DNA from: Ruminococcus sp.
GTDB lineage: Bacteria; Bacillota; Clostridia; Oscillospirales; Ruminococcaceae
Length of the DNA stretch: 64,000 bases
Assembly: GCA_031262625.1 (NCBI GenBank)
Contig: JAISHJ010000007.1
Location: 516 to 64,515, forward strand
Direction of reading: 5' to 3'
The notes under the pieces are model-generated. The model did no database searches and was not told the origin of the DNA. It saw only the letters and a list, made by a program, of their open reading frames with translations. Below are positions 1-9,602 of the stretch, in pieces. The position numbers and the translations under genes were made by a program. Numbering within the stretch: the stretch's first letter is position 1; each line of letters starts with the position of its first letter.

Positions 1-852
1 AATGCAATCATTGCGAATTGTTATTGTCGGTGCAGGAGCATCCCATCTAATACGTCTGTATGAAGATTCGTATCCTTTGATCGGCGTTCCGTCTTTCTTT
101 TTCGGAAAGAATTCTTTGTTATTAAATGCAGATTTCCCTGTCGGGGTATGCTTCATCCACAAAACATTTTCTGCGGTGTGATTCCTGGCATAGTGCCATT
201 TTATATCTGAATGTTCACCCGATTCCAACGAGGGTAAAAATCCTATAGCTTCTTCAACAGTTATTTTTTTTAGAACTTTTGTCGGAAAAGACCACTGTTG
301 ATTTTTTTTATTCATTTTGATTATTGCGCGTAATCTTGTTTGTGGAACACCATAATCTGCCGCATCAAGAATTTTAGATTCAATTTCGTATTGCTCATTG
401 AATTCCAAACTAAGCATATCAATGACTGAAGTCTGTTTATTATTGTATTCTAACTTAACATCGAGCAAGGCAGGGACATTTTCAATCAATATGTATGACG
501 GTTCCAAGATAGCAATTGCCTTAAGGACATAAGTTATAAGGTAATTTCTTTTGTCTTTTACAAAATGTTCCTGTTTTCGATTCTTTCCTGCAACACTCAT
601 TCCTTGACAAGGGGGCGATGCTATAATGAAATCAATTCCTTTGCTTGATTCAATTATCTCATTGAAAATTGCTTCATCGGTTATGTCGCCGCATATTATA
701 TTCGTGGAAGGATTAAGTTTTCTGTATAAATCAGCTCTTTTGGGCAATAGCTCATTAGCTACCACAATATCTATTCCCGATTCCGACAGATATGTCTCTC
801 CAATACCTGCACCCGCAAAAAGAGACAATCCTTGTAATCTTCTATGCATCAT
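1..852 (-). CDS. DNA (cytosine-5)-methyltransferase; C-terminal part runs off the window start
   Basis: My own minus-strand translation from the ATG at 852 (or 849) gives MMHRRLQGLSLFAGAGIGETYL (motif I FxGxG), FIIASPPCQGMSVAGK (motif IV PCQ), ILIENVPALL (motif VI ENV) and DAADYGVPQTRLRAII (motif VIII QxRxR). The frame stays open to position 1. It is absent from the ORF track because it is edge-truncated. Confidence 0.85.
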   Translation of the reverse strand, partial: MMHRRLQGLSLFAGAGIGETYLSESGIDIVVANELLPKRADLYRKLNPSTNIICGDITDEAIFNEIIESSKGIDFIIASPPCQGMSVAGKNRKQEHFVKDKRNYLITYVLKAIAILEPSYILIENVPALLDVKLEYNNKQTSVIDMLSLEFNEQYEIESKILDAADYGVPQTRLRAIIKMNKKNQQWSFPTKVLKKITVEEAIGFLPSLESGEHSDIKWHYARNHTAENVLWMKHTPTGKSAFNNKEFFPKKKDGTPIKGYESSYRRIRWDAPAPTITIRNDCI

Positions 853-1095
853 TAATTACACCACTTATCTACGCCACTGGGATATTCAGTCATATCTGAT
901 AATTAGCCAATAATTGTTATAGTTTTGATTCGTTACTATTTAACGAAAAAACGAATTTGACATAGAAGAATAAAATTTGTCAAAAATTAAACTATACCAC
1001 TATGATTATAACATATAGATAGCTATATGTCAAGAAAAATTTAACCGAAGATTTTGTAGAAAATTACAGTTCGGTATCAAATTTTCTTGATCCAA

Positions 1096-1353
1096 TTGTA
1101 AACTTTCTGTAAATTATCTCGAAAAACCTCAAAAAGTGCTTACAAAAAGGGGCTAAAAAATGCATATAGTAGAGGATATTTTTTGCCCCTTTTGAACAGA
1201 GAAGAAAAGTTAATGCAATTGACATTCGAGCCGAAATGTTCAATTTTAGATGCCATTTGTAAACTTTCTGTAAATTATTCAAAAAAACCGCGAAAAAGGC
1301 TCACAAAAAGGGGCTTCAAATTCCATATATATAGAGGGGTATTTTTTCGCCCT
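1096..1353 (+). repeat. Two ~95-bp imperfect direct repeats (1096-1190 and 1257-1353) in the divergent methyltransferase/xis intergenic region
   Basis: Both copies begin TTGTAAACTTTCTGTAAATTAT. They continue ...AAAAA(G/C)..CACAAAAAGGGGCT...CATATA..AGAGG..TATTTTTT.GCCC. Each ends in a G-rich/C-rich pairing segment followed by a T-run. Confidence 0.7.
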
Positions 1354-1599
1354 CTCAGAATCTTGAAAATCGAATATGAAACAACAGGTATTTCAACCCT
1401 CTTGTGAGTGCCACGACCGCCCGTTTTTACGGAGTGCGAGCGCGTGTAGGTAGCACCTACCCTTTTTAAGGAAAGCACGGGGGACGATTAGACGGTGAGC
1501 GAAGGCTCTCGTTTAGGACAAGTCCGTATCTGTTGTCGCCGAAAGGCAAATTTAAAAAACCTAACGTTAAGACATTTTATATTAACGGAGGCAGTAGCA

Positions 1600-1815
1600 A
1601 TGGACTACATACCAAAAATCAAATTCGTGAAACTCAAAGAAGCTTCACAAATGTTCGGAGTCAGCGAACACTATATGCGAAAACTTGCTCTTTCAGGCAA
1701 TATAACGGCGATAAGACCGGGAACGAAGAACGGGAAAATTCTCGTAGATATTCATAGCTTAGAGGAATTTTTCAGTTGTCAAACCTGTAAAGCACCCGTT
1801 TTATCAAAATTATAA
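1600..1815 (+). CDS. Excisionase-like helix-turn-helix DNA-binding protein (Xis/MerR-type HTH)
   Basis: The product reads MDYIPKIKFVKLKEASQMFGVSEHYMRKLALSGNITAIRPGTKNGKILVDIHSLEEFF, typical of small excisionase-family HTH proteins. A GGAGG RBS lies 9 nt upstream of the ATG at 1600. The longer track ORF starting at 1495 is probably an over-extension. The gene sits directly upstream of the integrase. Confidence 0.7.
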   Translation: MDYIPKIKFVKLKEASQMFGVSEHYMRKLALSGNITAIRPGTKNGKILVDIHSLEEFFSCQTCKAPVLSKL

Positions 1816-1916
1816 AACATACCCACTGCGAATTTTACACATTAAACCGTTGACATCTGCAACGCTTTATGTTATAATAATTTCACAGGGGTATGTCGTG
1901 AAAGAGGTAATTTTTT

Positions 1917-3077
1917 ATGGCATATACAAGAAAACACGGCGAAGGCTATGAAATTTGCGTTTCGTGTGGGTTTACCGCGAAAGGCAAGAGAAAGCAGCTT
2001 TATCGCCACTGGACACCCGACAAGGATATGACACCAAAACAAGTCGAGAAGGAGTTGACACGCCAAGCGGTTCTCTTTGAGGAGGAATGCAACAACGGCT
2101 TCCAGACCACAACAACTAAGTTTGAGACGTTCGCCGAAACGTGGATAAACGACTATGCGCCTTTGCACTTAAAATCAACGACATTTGAGAGAATCGCCAA
2201 AGTCAGAAAACGCGTTTATCCAATCCTCGGACATCTCAGAATGGACAAGATAACACCGCGACACATTCAAGCATTCGTAAACAACCTCTCAAAGCAAGGT
2301 GCTAACGAACGAACGGGCGAACCGCTTGCACCCAAAACTATCAAGCATAACGTGACATTCATATCTGACGTTTTCAGCTACGCGGTCGATATGGGCATTT
2401 TGCAGACGAACCCTTGTGCGAAAGTCAAGTACCCAAGGGGAGAGGCGAAAGAAAAGAACGTCTACACGCCGGAGGAAATGACATCTTTGCTCATAAAGCT
2501 ACAGAGCGAACCGCTGAAGTATCGCACGTTCTTTACGCTAATGGCGTACAGCGGATTCCGTAGAAGCGAAATGCTGGGCTTAGAATGGAAAGACATTGAT
2601 TTCGCTACAAGCACAATCACTCTGAAACGCACGTCCAACTACACAAAGGAAAAAGGCACTTACACCGACTCAATGAAAACGAAGCGTTCAAGGCGTTCGG
2701 TAAAGTTCCCGAAAATTGTTATGGACTTGCTTTCGGAGTTCAAGGAATCGCAAGACGAGGAAATGCTTACAATCGGCGAGAGCTGGCTTGAGAGCGACAG
2801 ACTGTTCGTGCAATGGAACGGCGAGCCTATGTCAAATAACACACCATACACTTGGTTAAAACGCTTTTGTGAACGTAACGACATTCGCTTCTGTGATATT
2901 CACAGCTTCCGTCATTTTGCCGCTTCGGCTATGATAACAAGCGGTATCGACTTACTCACCGTATCAAGGACGTTAGGGCACAGTCAACCCTCCACAACAT
3001 CAAACATCTACGGACACGTTTTTGAGGAATCTTCGGCACGAGCTTCCGAAGCGATAACAAGCGTAATCGGACTGTAA
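1917..3077 (+). CDS. int: Site-specific tyrosine integrase (phage integrase family)
   Basis: This 386-aa protein has a SAM-like N-terminal region and a C-terminal catalytic domain. Motifs seen are GFRRSEMLGLEW (catalytic Arg) and HSFRHFAASAMITSGIDLLTVSRTLGHSQPSTTSNIYGHV (HxxR ... H ... Y). Confidence 0.9.
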   Translation: MAYTRKHGEGYEICVSCGFTAKGKRKQLYRHWTPDKDMTPKQVEKELTRQAVLFEEECNNGFQTTTTKFETFAETWINDYAPLHLKSTTFERIAKVRKRVYPILGHLRMDKITPRHIQAFVNNLSKQGANERTGEPLAPKTIKHNVTFISDVFSYAVDMGILQTNPCAKVKYPRGEAKEKNVYTPEEMTSLLIKLQSEPLKYRTFFTLMAYSGFRRSEMLGLEWKDIDFATSTITLKRTSNYTKEKGTYTDSMKTKRSRRSVKFPKIVMDLLSEFKESQDEEMLTIGESWLESDRLFVQWNGEPMSNNTPYTWLKRFCERNDIRFCDIHSFRHFAASAMITSGIDLLTVSRTLGHSQPSTTSNIYGHVFEESSARASEAITSVIGL

Positions 3078-3243
3078 AAATCGACTTTCAAGTTTACGAC
3101 AAACCGCGAAAAGATAAATAAAGTTGAAATAGGCATATACACGGTTTTGGAACTGTGGGCAAATTGTGGGCAAGGCGGTTTTCGAGGAAAAGTAAAACCC
3201 CGCGAAGCCTTTACTACAAAGCCTTCGCGGGATTTCCAAATGC

Positions 3244-3325
3244 TGCGAGTAATGGGACTTGAACCCATACGTCATTCGACACACGCCCCTCAAACGTGCC
3301 TGTCTGCCAGTTCCAGCACACTCGC
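3244..3325 (-). tRNA. tRNA-Leu (anticodon GAG, type II with long variable arm)
   Basis: The reverse complement is GCGAGTGTGCTGGAACTGGCAGACAGGCACGTTTGAGGGGCGTGTGTCGAATGACGTATGGGTTCAAGTCCCATTACTCGCA. The acceptor stems pair. The T-arm is GGGTTCAAGTCCC. The anticodon stem is CACGT/GCGTG with loop TTGAGGG. CCA is not encoded. Confidence 0.85.
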
Positions 3326-3593
3326 ATTTAGCTGTCATAAACAAGGGGCGGCGGATTGCCCGCCTGACAGCTTAATCATTATATCATAGTAGAAGTAATA
3401 AGTCAATAGGGAAAAATAATTTTACAATTTGTTAAAATATGAACAAACAATTACCTTAGCGGTGAACAGAAAAATGCTAAGAAATACTCCCCGCACTGTT
3501 ATCGGATATACTCCAACTCTGAATAGGTTTGCTATCAGCCATCCTCCGCCGCTGTTCATGTCAGGCATCTATCACTCAAAGTGTATCGGGAAG

Positions 3594-4790
3594 CTATTTC
3601 CCGCTCTCCCGTGCAATATAGAGTTCATATTGTGCTTGCGTGAAGAGGTCTGAGTACATTTCACCGAAAAGGTTTTTGTAATCTGCGGCTTTAATATTTA
3701 CAGCGGAGAGCGTGTAATTTCCACTCCCGTCGTAGACCGCAATCACCAGTGAGTCTGTAAACAGATATATAACATATTTTACATTTCCGCTGTCCGTAAT
3801 ACTAAGCTGAAACTCAATATCGGCACTGTTTATCTGTACAGTTGAATTTTTGGTAAGACTGCTCTTTATAATTTCTGCGGCGTTTCCGGCAAGAACCGTT
3901 GTTTTGTTATTGTCCAAAAATATCGCGGAATTGTCTTTGTAGCGCAAAAGCGCGTTGCAGTTTTCAAGGCTCATAAGTTCATATGCCCCGAATGCGTCGT
4001 AGCCTTCGCTGTTATCTATAGTAAATTCGCCGGCGTTTAGGACTTGCTCATCGCTTGAAGCAATAGTTATTTCAGAATCATATTCCATTTCTTCTGCGGA
4101 ATCTTCTTCACTTGCCGCATCATCCATTACGGTATCTTCATCACTTGCTGCATCATCAACAGGAGAATCTTCAATGCTTTCGGCGTCATCCGGTGCAGAT
4201 TCTTCTTTATTTTCAACAGCAGTCCGGGATGTTAATCCTGCCGCGGCAGTTTCAGCGACAGTAGTAACCGGCACATCTGCAACATCCGAATGAGCAGTTT
4301 TTTCTACAGTGACTGTATTAACCGCTGTTGTAACTATAGTTTCCGATGAAGCAGCCATAGTTTCGGGAATACCTGCTCCTAAAATCTGCGGCTCAGGCAG
4401 ACTTTCGGTATCAACAATCTCCGGGAGTGCCGCGAAGGGCGTAAATTCACCGATTTCTTCAATAATTTCGATAGAAGTTTCCTGCGAAAGGACAGTTATC
4501 TCCGGGATTTGAACTTCCGGCGCAGTTATATTCTCTGCTAAATCATTTTGCCGCATTACGAGATTAACGGTAAATACACAGAGAAAACACGCCGCAAGAG
4601 CAACCGAAATATTCCTGATAATATTATATCGCGGTCGGGAGGGTTCGATAATCTGCTCGGCTTGCCGTAACACTGTAATTTTCCCGGCCGCCTTAGCTTC
4701 TGACAGTGAAGCAACCGTTTTTGAAACAAAATCGGGAGAGAATTGTAAATTTTGCATTTCGGATTTGTAATCTTTAATATTTTTACTCAT
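3594..4790 (-). CDS. Putative membrane-anchored anti-sigma factor (single TM, acidic extracellular region)
   Basis: Its start overlaps the stop of the upstream ECF sigma gene by 8 nt. A short cytoplasmic N-terminus is followed by one TM (ISVALAACFLCVFTVNLV) and a D/E/S-rich region. There is no recognisable catalytic motif. The call rests mostly on context. Confidence 0.5.
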   Translation of the reverse strand: MSKNIKDYKSEMQNLQFSPDFVSKTVASLSEAKAAGKITVLRQAEQIIEPSRPRYNIIRNISVALAACFLCVFTVNLVMRQNDLAENITAPEVQIPEITVLSQETSIEIIEEIGEFTPFAALPEIVDTESLPEPQILGAGIPETMAASSETIVTTAVNTVTVEKTAHSDVADVPVTTVAETAAAGLTSRTAVENKEESAPDDAESIEDSPVDDAASDEDTVMDDAASEEDSAEEMEYDSEITIASSDEQVLNAGEFTIDNSEGYDAFGAYELMSLENCNALLRYKDNSAIFLDNNKTTVLAGNAAEIIKSSLTKNSTVQINSADIEFQLSITDSGNVKYVIYLFTDSLVIAVYDGSGNYTLSAVNIKAADYKNLFGEMYSDLFTQAQYELYIARESGK

Positions 4791-5286
4791 CTTCTATCCC
4801 TCCGATCATTGAATCTTTAAGAAGTTTACGCCCTCGTGCAAGCAGGGTTCCTACTGTAGCTTCCTTCTTACCGATTGCTGCGGCAATTTCTTTTATGGAA
4901 AGTTCGTTGTAATAAAATAGGTGTATAGGAGTACGGTATTTTTCCGGGAGAGCCATAACGGCTTCCAATACGGAGTTTTCCCCGGTGAAATTATCATCAA
5001 CCGCGCTGTCGGAAAGGGTTTCGTCAAGAGGAGTGCTGTGCCGTATCCAACCAGATTTCAGGTGATTTTTACATTTATTTATAGCAAGGCGTAAAAGCCA
5101 TGCTTTTTCATGTTCTTCAGACTCAAAAGGAATATCACGCTTAAGGAGCGACAAAAACACATCCTGAGTAAGGTCCTCAGCATCGGAGGAATTTTTTACA
5201 TAAGTAAAACAAAGCCTTAAAAGCGTGTCGGAATATTTAGCGACAGTTTGACTTATATATTCGTCCGTTCCGAAAACCGATGACAT
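4783..5286 (-). CDS. RNA polymerase ECF-type sigma-70 family sigma factor
   Basis: Region 2 reads DAEDLTQDVFLSL and AWLLRLAINKCKNHL. Region 4 reads LPEKYRTPIHLFYYNELSIKEIAAAIGKKEATVGTLLARGRKLL. The ATG at 5286 with a GGGGA RBS is preferred over the TTG at 5298 used by the track. Confidence 0.85.
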   Translation of the reverse strand: MSSVFGTDEYISQTVAKYSDTLLRLCFTYVKNSSDAEDLTQDVFLSLLKRDIPFESEEHEKAWLLRLAINKCKNHLKSGWIRHSTPLDETLSDSAVDDNFTGENSVLEAVMALPEKYRTPIHLFYYNELSIKEIAAAIGKKEATVGTLLARGRKLLKDSMIGGIEDE

Positions 5287-5445
5287 AGTTTTCCCCAAAA
5301 AATCAGCTCTGCGGAAGATTATTCCTGCAAATTTAGGAGCATTGCCGCAGTGAAATGTCTGCTTTTCACCGCGGTAAACTCCAAACCCACCGTTTTGCTG
5401 TTAATAATAAAACAATTCAAGAGAAGGATATTTTTCAAGTGCGGA

Positions 5446-5970
5446 TTAATTTTTAAATATTTTTTTAACGTCACTGCGGTCAATAGCAGAACCGATAGCA
5501 ATAAATATCAGAACGCCCGCCGCTTCCTGTATGAAATTAAACGGCAGGGACAAAAATGCGCCGTTTCCGTAGAGTATTAGTTCTGTCAAAAGATAGCCGC
5601 CCGCACCGATAACTGTCGATATTATACAAGCGATAATATTACGTAAGGTGATTATGTTAATATTATTCCTATAATCTGCCTTTTTAAATGGGAGTGTCAT
5701 TAACGCCTTAATTATTATCGTCGGGATAATATAAACGGGGTAACCGGCTATAATATCAGCCGCACCCGCACCGAGTGCGGAAGCCGCCGCGGCAAGCGGA
5801 GTCGGAAGGAGCACTGCCGCAAGAAATATCACGGCATCTCCGAGGTGCATAAACCCGAGAGGTCCGGGAACGCGCACGAATGCGGTTGCAACCATTATAA
5901 CAGCGGCAAAAACAGCCGCTTCAGCGTATGCTTTTATTCCAATGTCGGATTTTTTCTGCAAATATCTCAC
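5446..5970 (-). CDS. ECF-transporter substrate-specific (S) component-like membrane protein, possibly vitamin B6-related
   Basis: It is a 174-aa polytopic membrane protein containing VRVPGPLGFMHLGDAVIFLAAVLL and AGAADIIAGYP, typical of small ECF S-components. It lies immediately downstream of a pyridoxal kinase gene. It uses a GTG start with a weak RBS. Confidence 0.55.
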   Translation of the reverse strand: MRYLQKKSDIGIKAYAEAAVFAAVIMVATAFVRVPGPLGFMHLGDAVIFLAAVLLPTPLAAAASALGAGAADIIAGYPVYIIPTIIIKALMTLPFKKADYRNNINIITLRNIIACIISTVIGAGGYLLTELILYGNGAFLSLPFNFIQEAAGVLIFIAIGSAIDRSDVKKIFKN

Positions 5971-6053
5971 CCGTTCTGTGAATAATCATACCACAATAAG
6001 TAAAAATCATATTGTTTTATCAGTAGTTATTTCTATAACAAATAGCAGGCGGT

Positions 6054-6887
6054 TTACGCGAATATCTCGCCTAATTTGTAAAGAAAAGGCTCAAAAACAG
6101 CACCATCGGTATCGGGAATACCCATTCTATGTGAATATTCAGCCGACTGTTTGACAAAATCAGCGGCTATCTTTACAGAATCCGTAAACGGAATATCATT
6201 CACGGCGGCAGCGGCGATTATCGAGGCGAAAACGTCCCCGGTACCCGAGCGTGACGGAACATCGGCAATGCTTTCGTATACCGAAAATTCATTCTCGCAT
6301 GAAATGTAGTTAGTAATAACGCTGTCTGATGAAACTATACCGGTAATGACGGTTCTTTTTTGACTGTCGGGGTCAATACGTTTCGCAAGTTCACGAAGTG
6401 TTTTTTCGGATGGGGAACTTACATAGGGCATATCGGCAAGAAAACAGGCTTCGGTAAGGTTAGGAGTTATAATGTCTGCCTTTTTAACAAGTGTCTTTAA
6501 GCCATCCGCCGTCTCTTTAGCAAAACTTTTGTAAAGTTTGCCGTTATCTCCCATAACCGGATCGACTATAATAATAGTATCGGAGGTTTTGAAGCGGTCA
6601 ATGAAGTCAGTCACGAGCGTAACCTGCTCTTTGCTTCCGAGGTAACCGCTGTAGATTGCGTCAAAATGCAGCCCGAGTTTATCCCATTCGCGGGTATACT
6701 CCGTAAAACTGTCCGTCAAATCAAGTTTAAAAAAGCTTTCAAAGCCTGTGTGGTTGGAGAATACGGCGGTAGGAAGACTGCAACACTGTACCCCGCAGAC
6801 CGATAGAATAGGAAGCGCAACAGAAAGCGAACATCGCCCAAACCCGGAAAAGTCATTAATACAGGCGATTTTTTTTATATTTTGCAT
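6054..6887 (-). CDS. pdxK: Pyridoxal/pyridoxamine kinase (PdxK/PdxY, ribokinase superfamily)
   Basis: The product reads MQNIKKIACINDFSGFGRCSLSVALPILSVCGVQCCSLPTAVFSNHTGF ... SGYLGS ... VDPVMGDNGKLY ... SGTGDVFASIIAAA. I chose the internal ATG at 6887; the 27 upstream codons in the track look like an over-extension. Confidence 0.8.
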   Translation of the reverse strand: MQNIKKIACINDFSGFGRCSLSVALPILSVCGVQCCSLPTAVFSNHTGFESFFKLDLTDSFTEYTREWDKLGLHFDAIYSGYLGSKEQVTLVTDFIDRFKTSDTIIIVDPVMGDNGKLYKSFAKETADGLKTLVKKADIITPNLTEACFLADMPYVSSPSEKTLRELAKRIDPDSQKRTVITGIVSSDSVITNYISCENEFSVYESIADVPSRSGTGDVFASIIAAAAVNDIPFTDSVKIAADFVKQSAEYSHRMGIPDTDGAVFEPFLYKLGEIFA

Positions 6888-7154
6888 GATATTTCTTTCG
6901 TTAATGAAAATTTTCGGTGAATTGAGTTGTATTAATTTTAGAATAATATTCAATAACTTATTTTTCACAAAAATGTGATGAAAATGTTATCTTAATAGTA
7001 CTCAAATGTGATAATTACAGTTTATAATTAAAGATAATACTTCACAAAGGAGACTTAATTTAATTATAAACAGCTATTTTAAGCAGTAATTAGAACTTAT
7101 TTTTGGATTTCCCGCGAAGCAGAAAATCCAAAAACAAAAATTCTGTCGGAAAAC

Positions 7155-7541
7155 CGAACGAGTAAGCCTGTAAGCCGGGTTTTGTCGTGCGCGAACATCT
7201 ATCTTGTTTACGCGTCGCCGCGCAAATCGAGCCGTTCTGATGTATTCATACCGTCGGGCAGACGAGTTTATGCAAAACATAAACTGTATGAAAGAACACC
7301 GGGAGCAAAAGCCCCTGACGTTGCACCGGATAGGGTTTACAGCACCGCTCTCTCTCGGAGCGGCGGGTGAGCTCTTACCTCGCCTTTCCATCCTTACCGA
7401 AGCTTACGCTCCGGCGGTATATCTCTGTTGCACTTGCCCTGAGGTCGCCCTCGGCTGCCGTTAGCAGCTATCCATGCCCTTTGGTGCCCGGACTTTCCTA
7501 AGAAAGAATAAACTTTCCTCGTCCGCACAGCTTACTCGCAA
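7155..7541 (-). ncRNA. rnpB: RNase P RNA (rnpB), type A-like
   Basis: The minus strand reads GCGAGTAAGC...AGGAAAGTCCGGGCACCAAAGGGCA...GCAACAGAGATATACCGCC...GTAAGAGCTCACC...CGACAAAACCCGGCTTACAGGCTTACTCG. Both conserved P4 strands (GGAAAGTCCGGGC and ACAAAACCCGGCTTA) are present. The P1 termini pair (CGAGTAAGC/GCTTACTCG). The region is GC-rich and holds only junk ORFs. Confidence 0.9.
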
Positions 7542-7696
7542 ACTTAATTATACATAAAAAATAATAAATTGTCAACCCCAACATTACATAACGGTTAAAT
7601 TTAATTACATTTTTCAAATTCTATAGAAAAAATTCCTGTGTTGTGTTACAATGATAGTATTCATAAATATGACAAGCAGAAAGTCGGTGAAAGAGA

Positions 7697-8659
7697 TTGC
7701 CTAAAAAAGACCCCGGTAGTTTTAAGGAAAATTTAAAGATTAAGCGTAAAAAGATAGTTTCGGATATAAAGGTAAAGTCGAGAACTGTCGGAAAAAGGCT
7801 TTCTACCGATAACATTTTTCCTCTCGTCTGCCTTGCGCCAAGCCTTTTGGGCGTGCTTATATTCTTCCTTGTGCCTTTTATTGTAATTATCTTCTATTCT
7901 GTGGTAGATAACCCCATAAATAAAGAATTCGTGTTCCTCGATAATTACATATCAATCGTAAAAAATTCAGCATTCATACGTGCATCGGGCAACACAATGC
8001 TTTTTTCTCTGACTGCCGTACCTCTTGCGGTAGTCCTGTCGCTATTCCTTGCGATGCTCCTTGACTATAAACTGCCGCTTGTTTCAACCTTCCGGACATT
8101 TTTCTTAAGCCCTCTGATGGTCCCGATTGCTTCGGTAGTATTAATCTGGCAGGTTGTGTTTCACCTCAACGGAACTCTCAATCAAATTATCGAGCATTTC
8201 GGCGGTTCTGCCGTTGACTGGCTTAAGTCGGATTACGGGCTTTATGTGGTTGCGATACTGTTTTTGTGGAAGAACTTAGGTTATAACATGGTGCTTTTCT
8301 TAGCAGCAATCCAGAGTATACCTAAAGACCTCTTGGAAGTTGCTACCCTCGAAGGCGCAGGAGCATTTTACAAATTCTTCTTCATTAAGCTTCGTTATCT
8401 CTCACCGTCAATTCTATTCGTAGGAATAATGTCGCTCATAAGTTCGTTTAAGGTTTTCCGTGAAACATATCTTCTTACAGGGGACTACCCCTACAGCAGA
8501 CTGTATCTTCTCCAGCACTTTATGAACAATACCTTCCGTTCGCTTGACTACCAAAAGCTTTCCTCCGCCGCAATCCTTATGGGAATTGTAATGGTTATCA
8601 TAATCGGAGTACTGTTTTTTATCGAAAACCGTTTCGGCGGAGAACTTGAGGACGAATAA
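7697..8659 (+). CDS. Carbohydrate ABC transporter permease (MalF/CUT1-like)
   Basis: It has six predicted TMs and an EAA-loop region (LEVATLEGAGAFYKFFFIKLRYLSPS). The start is uncertain because the track uses a TTG. Confidence 0.8.
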   Translation: MPKKDPGSFKENLKIKRKKIVSDIKVKSRTVGKRLSTDNIFPLVCLAPSLLGVLIFFLVPFIVIIFYSVVDNPINKEFVFLDNYISIVKNSAFIRASGNTMLFSLTAVPLAVVLSLFLAMLLDYKLPLVSTFRTFFLSPLMVPIASVVLIWQVVFHLNGTLNQIIEHFGGSAVDWLKSDYGLYVVAILFLWKNLGYNMVLFLAAIQSIPKDLLEVATLEGAGAFYKFFFIKLRYLSPSILFVGIMSLISSFKVFRETYLLTGDYPYSRLYLLQHFMNNTFRSLDYQKLSSAAILMGIVMVIIIGVLFFIENRFGGELEDE

Positions 8660-8743
8660 GAAGGGGGGCAGCAGAAAATCAAACCGCTGACATCTAAACA
8701 AATTAAAAAAATATCCAAATTAAAAAAGTACACAATTACCGCC

Positions 8744-9598
8744 TTGCTGACTCTCTTTGCGGGACTTTCCGCGCTTATATTTTTACTCCCGACAGTCTTA
8801 ACGGTAACGAACTCATTCATGGCGGAGTCTGAAATTAACGCTAACTACGGTACTGTATTCGGTACTGCGGAATCCGGCTCAAAAATTTTCATGTCCGATA
8901 AACTGAATTTGAAACTAATTCCGGATATGGTTACATTCTCGCAGTATATAACTGTACTTTTCAAAAGCCCGGATTACCTTTTCAAATTCTGGAACAGTGT
9001 TATCTTAACCGCGCCGATAGTAATTTTTCAGCTTGTGACGGCGGCGGGCGCGGCTTACGCATTTGCAAAGCTTCGAGGTAAACTCTGGAATGTACTGTTT
9101 TTCATCTACCTGATAATAATGCTGATGCCGTATCAAGTTACGCTTGTGCCGAACTATCTTGTTGCCGATACCTTCGGTCTCCTTGATACAAGATGGTCGA
9201 TAATCCTCCCGGGGATATTTACGCCATTTGCGGTGTATATAATCTCGAAAATTATGCGGCGCATACCGAAGAGTTTGAATGAAGCCGCTAAGCTTGACGG
9301 AGCCTCCGAACCGCAGATATTTTTACATATCTACCTGCCGCTCTGTAAAAGTGCCTTCGCATCGGTAGCGATACTTGTTTTTATCGATAACTGGAACATG
9401 GTAGAACAACCGCTTATTATGTTTTCTGACAGTTCGCGATACCCGCTCTCGGTATTTTTATCGCAGATTAATTCCGGCGAAATCGGACTTGCATTCGCAG
9501 TCGCCGTCATATATATGCTTCCGGCAATCTTCATCTTCCTCTACGGCGAAGAATATTTGGTCGAAGGTATAGCTTATCAAAGCGGAGTAAAGGGATAA
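8744..9598 (+). CDS. Carbohydrate ABC transporter permease (MalG/CUT1-like)
   Basis: The EAA motif is NEAAKLDGASEPQIFLHIYLPLCKSA, in a polytopic membrane protein. It uses a TTG start, and the true start may differ. Confidence 0.8.
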   Translation: MLTLFAGLSALIFLLPTVLTVTNSFMAESEINANYGTVFGTAESGSKIFMSDKLNLKLIPDMVTFSQYITVLFKSPDYLFKFWNSVILTAPIVIFQLVTAAGAAYAFAKLRGKLWNVLFFIYLIIMLMPYQVTLVPNYLVADTFGLLDTRWSIILPGIFTPFAVYIISKIMRRIPKSLNEAAKLDGASEPQIFLHIYLPLCKSAFASVAILVFIDNWNMVEQPLIMFSDSSRYPLSVFLSQINSGEIGLAFAVAVIYMLPAIFIFLYGEEYLVEGIAYQSGVKG

Positions 9599-9602
9599 TT
9601 TT

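Larger units (their letters stand above)
1..3243. mobile_element. Integrase-proximal end of an integrative element (prophage/ICE/genomic island) inserted at the 3' end of tRNA-Leu; the rest lies left of the window
   Basis: The layout is tyrosine integrase and excisionase-like HTH gene, then 167 bp, then the 3' end of tRNA-Leu pointing toward int. A DNA methyltransferase is the next gene inward. This is the classical tRNA-targeted island arrangement. Confidence 0.6.

Noticed and set aside
1433-1500. GTGCG at 1433 in a GC-rich non-coding patch, as a possible group II intron 5' end or retron-like RNA
   Set aside because: No reverse transcriptase or maturase ORF and no intron domain V/VI-like sequence follow. 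The patch is short and is immediately followed by the xis gene.
7074-7464. Track ORFs of 62-105 aa on both strands
   Set aside because: They lie inside the RNase P RNA gene. They are Arg-rich junk translations of a GC-rich structured RNA.
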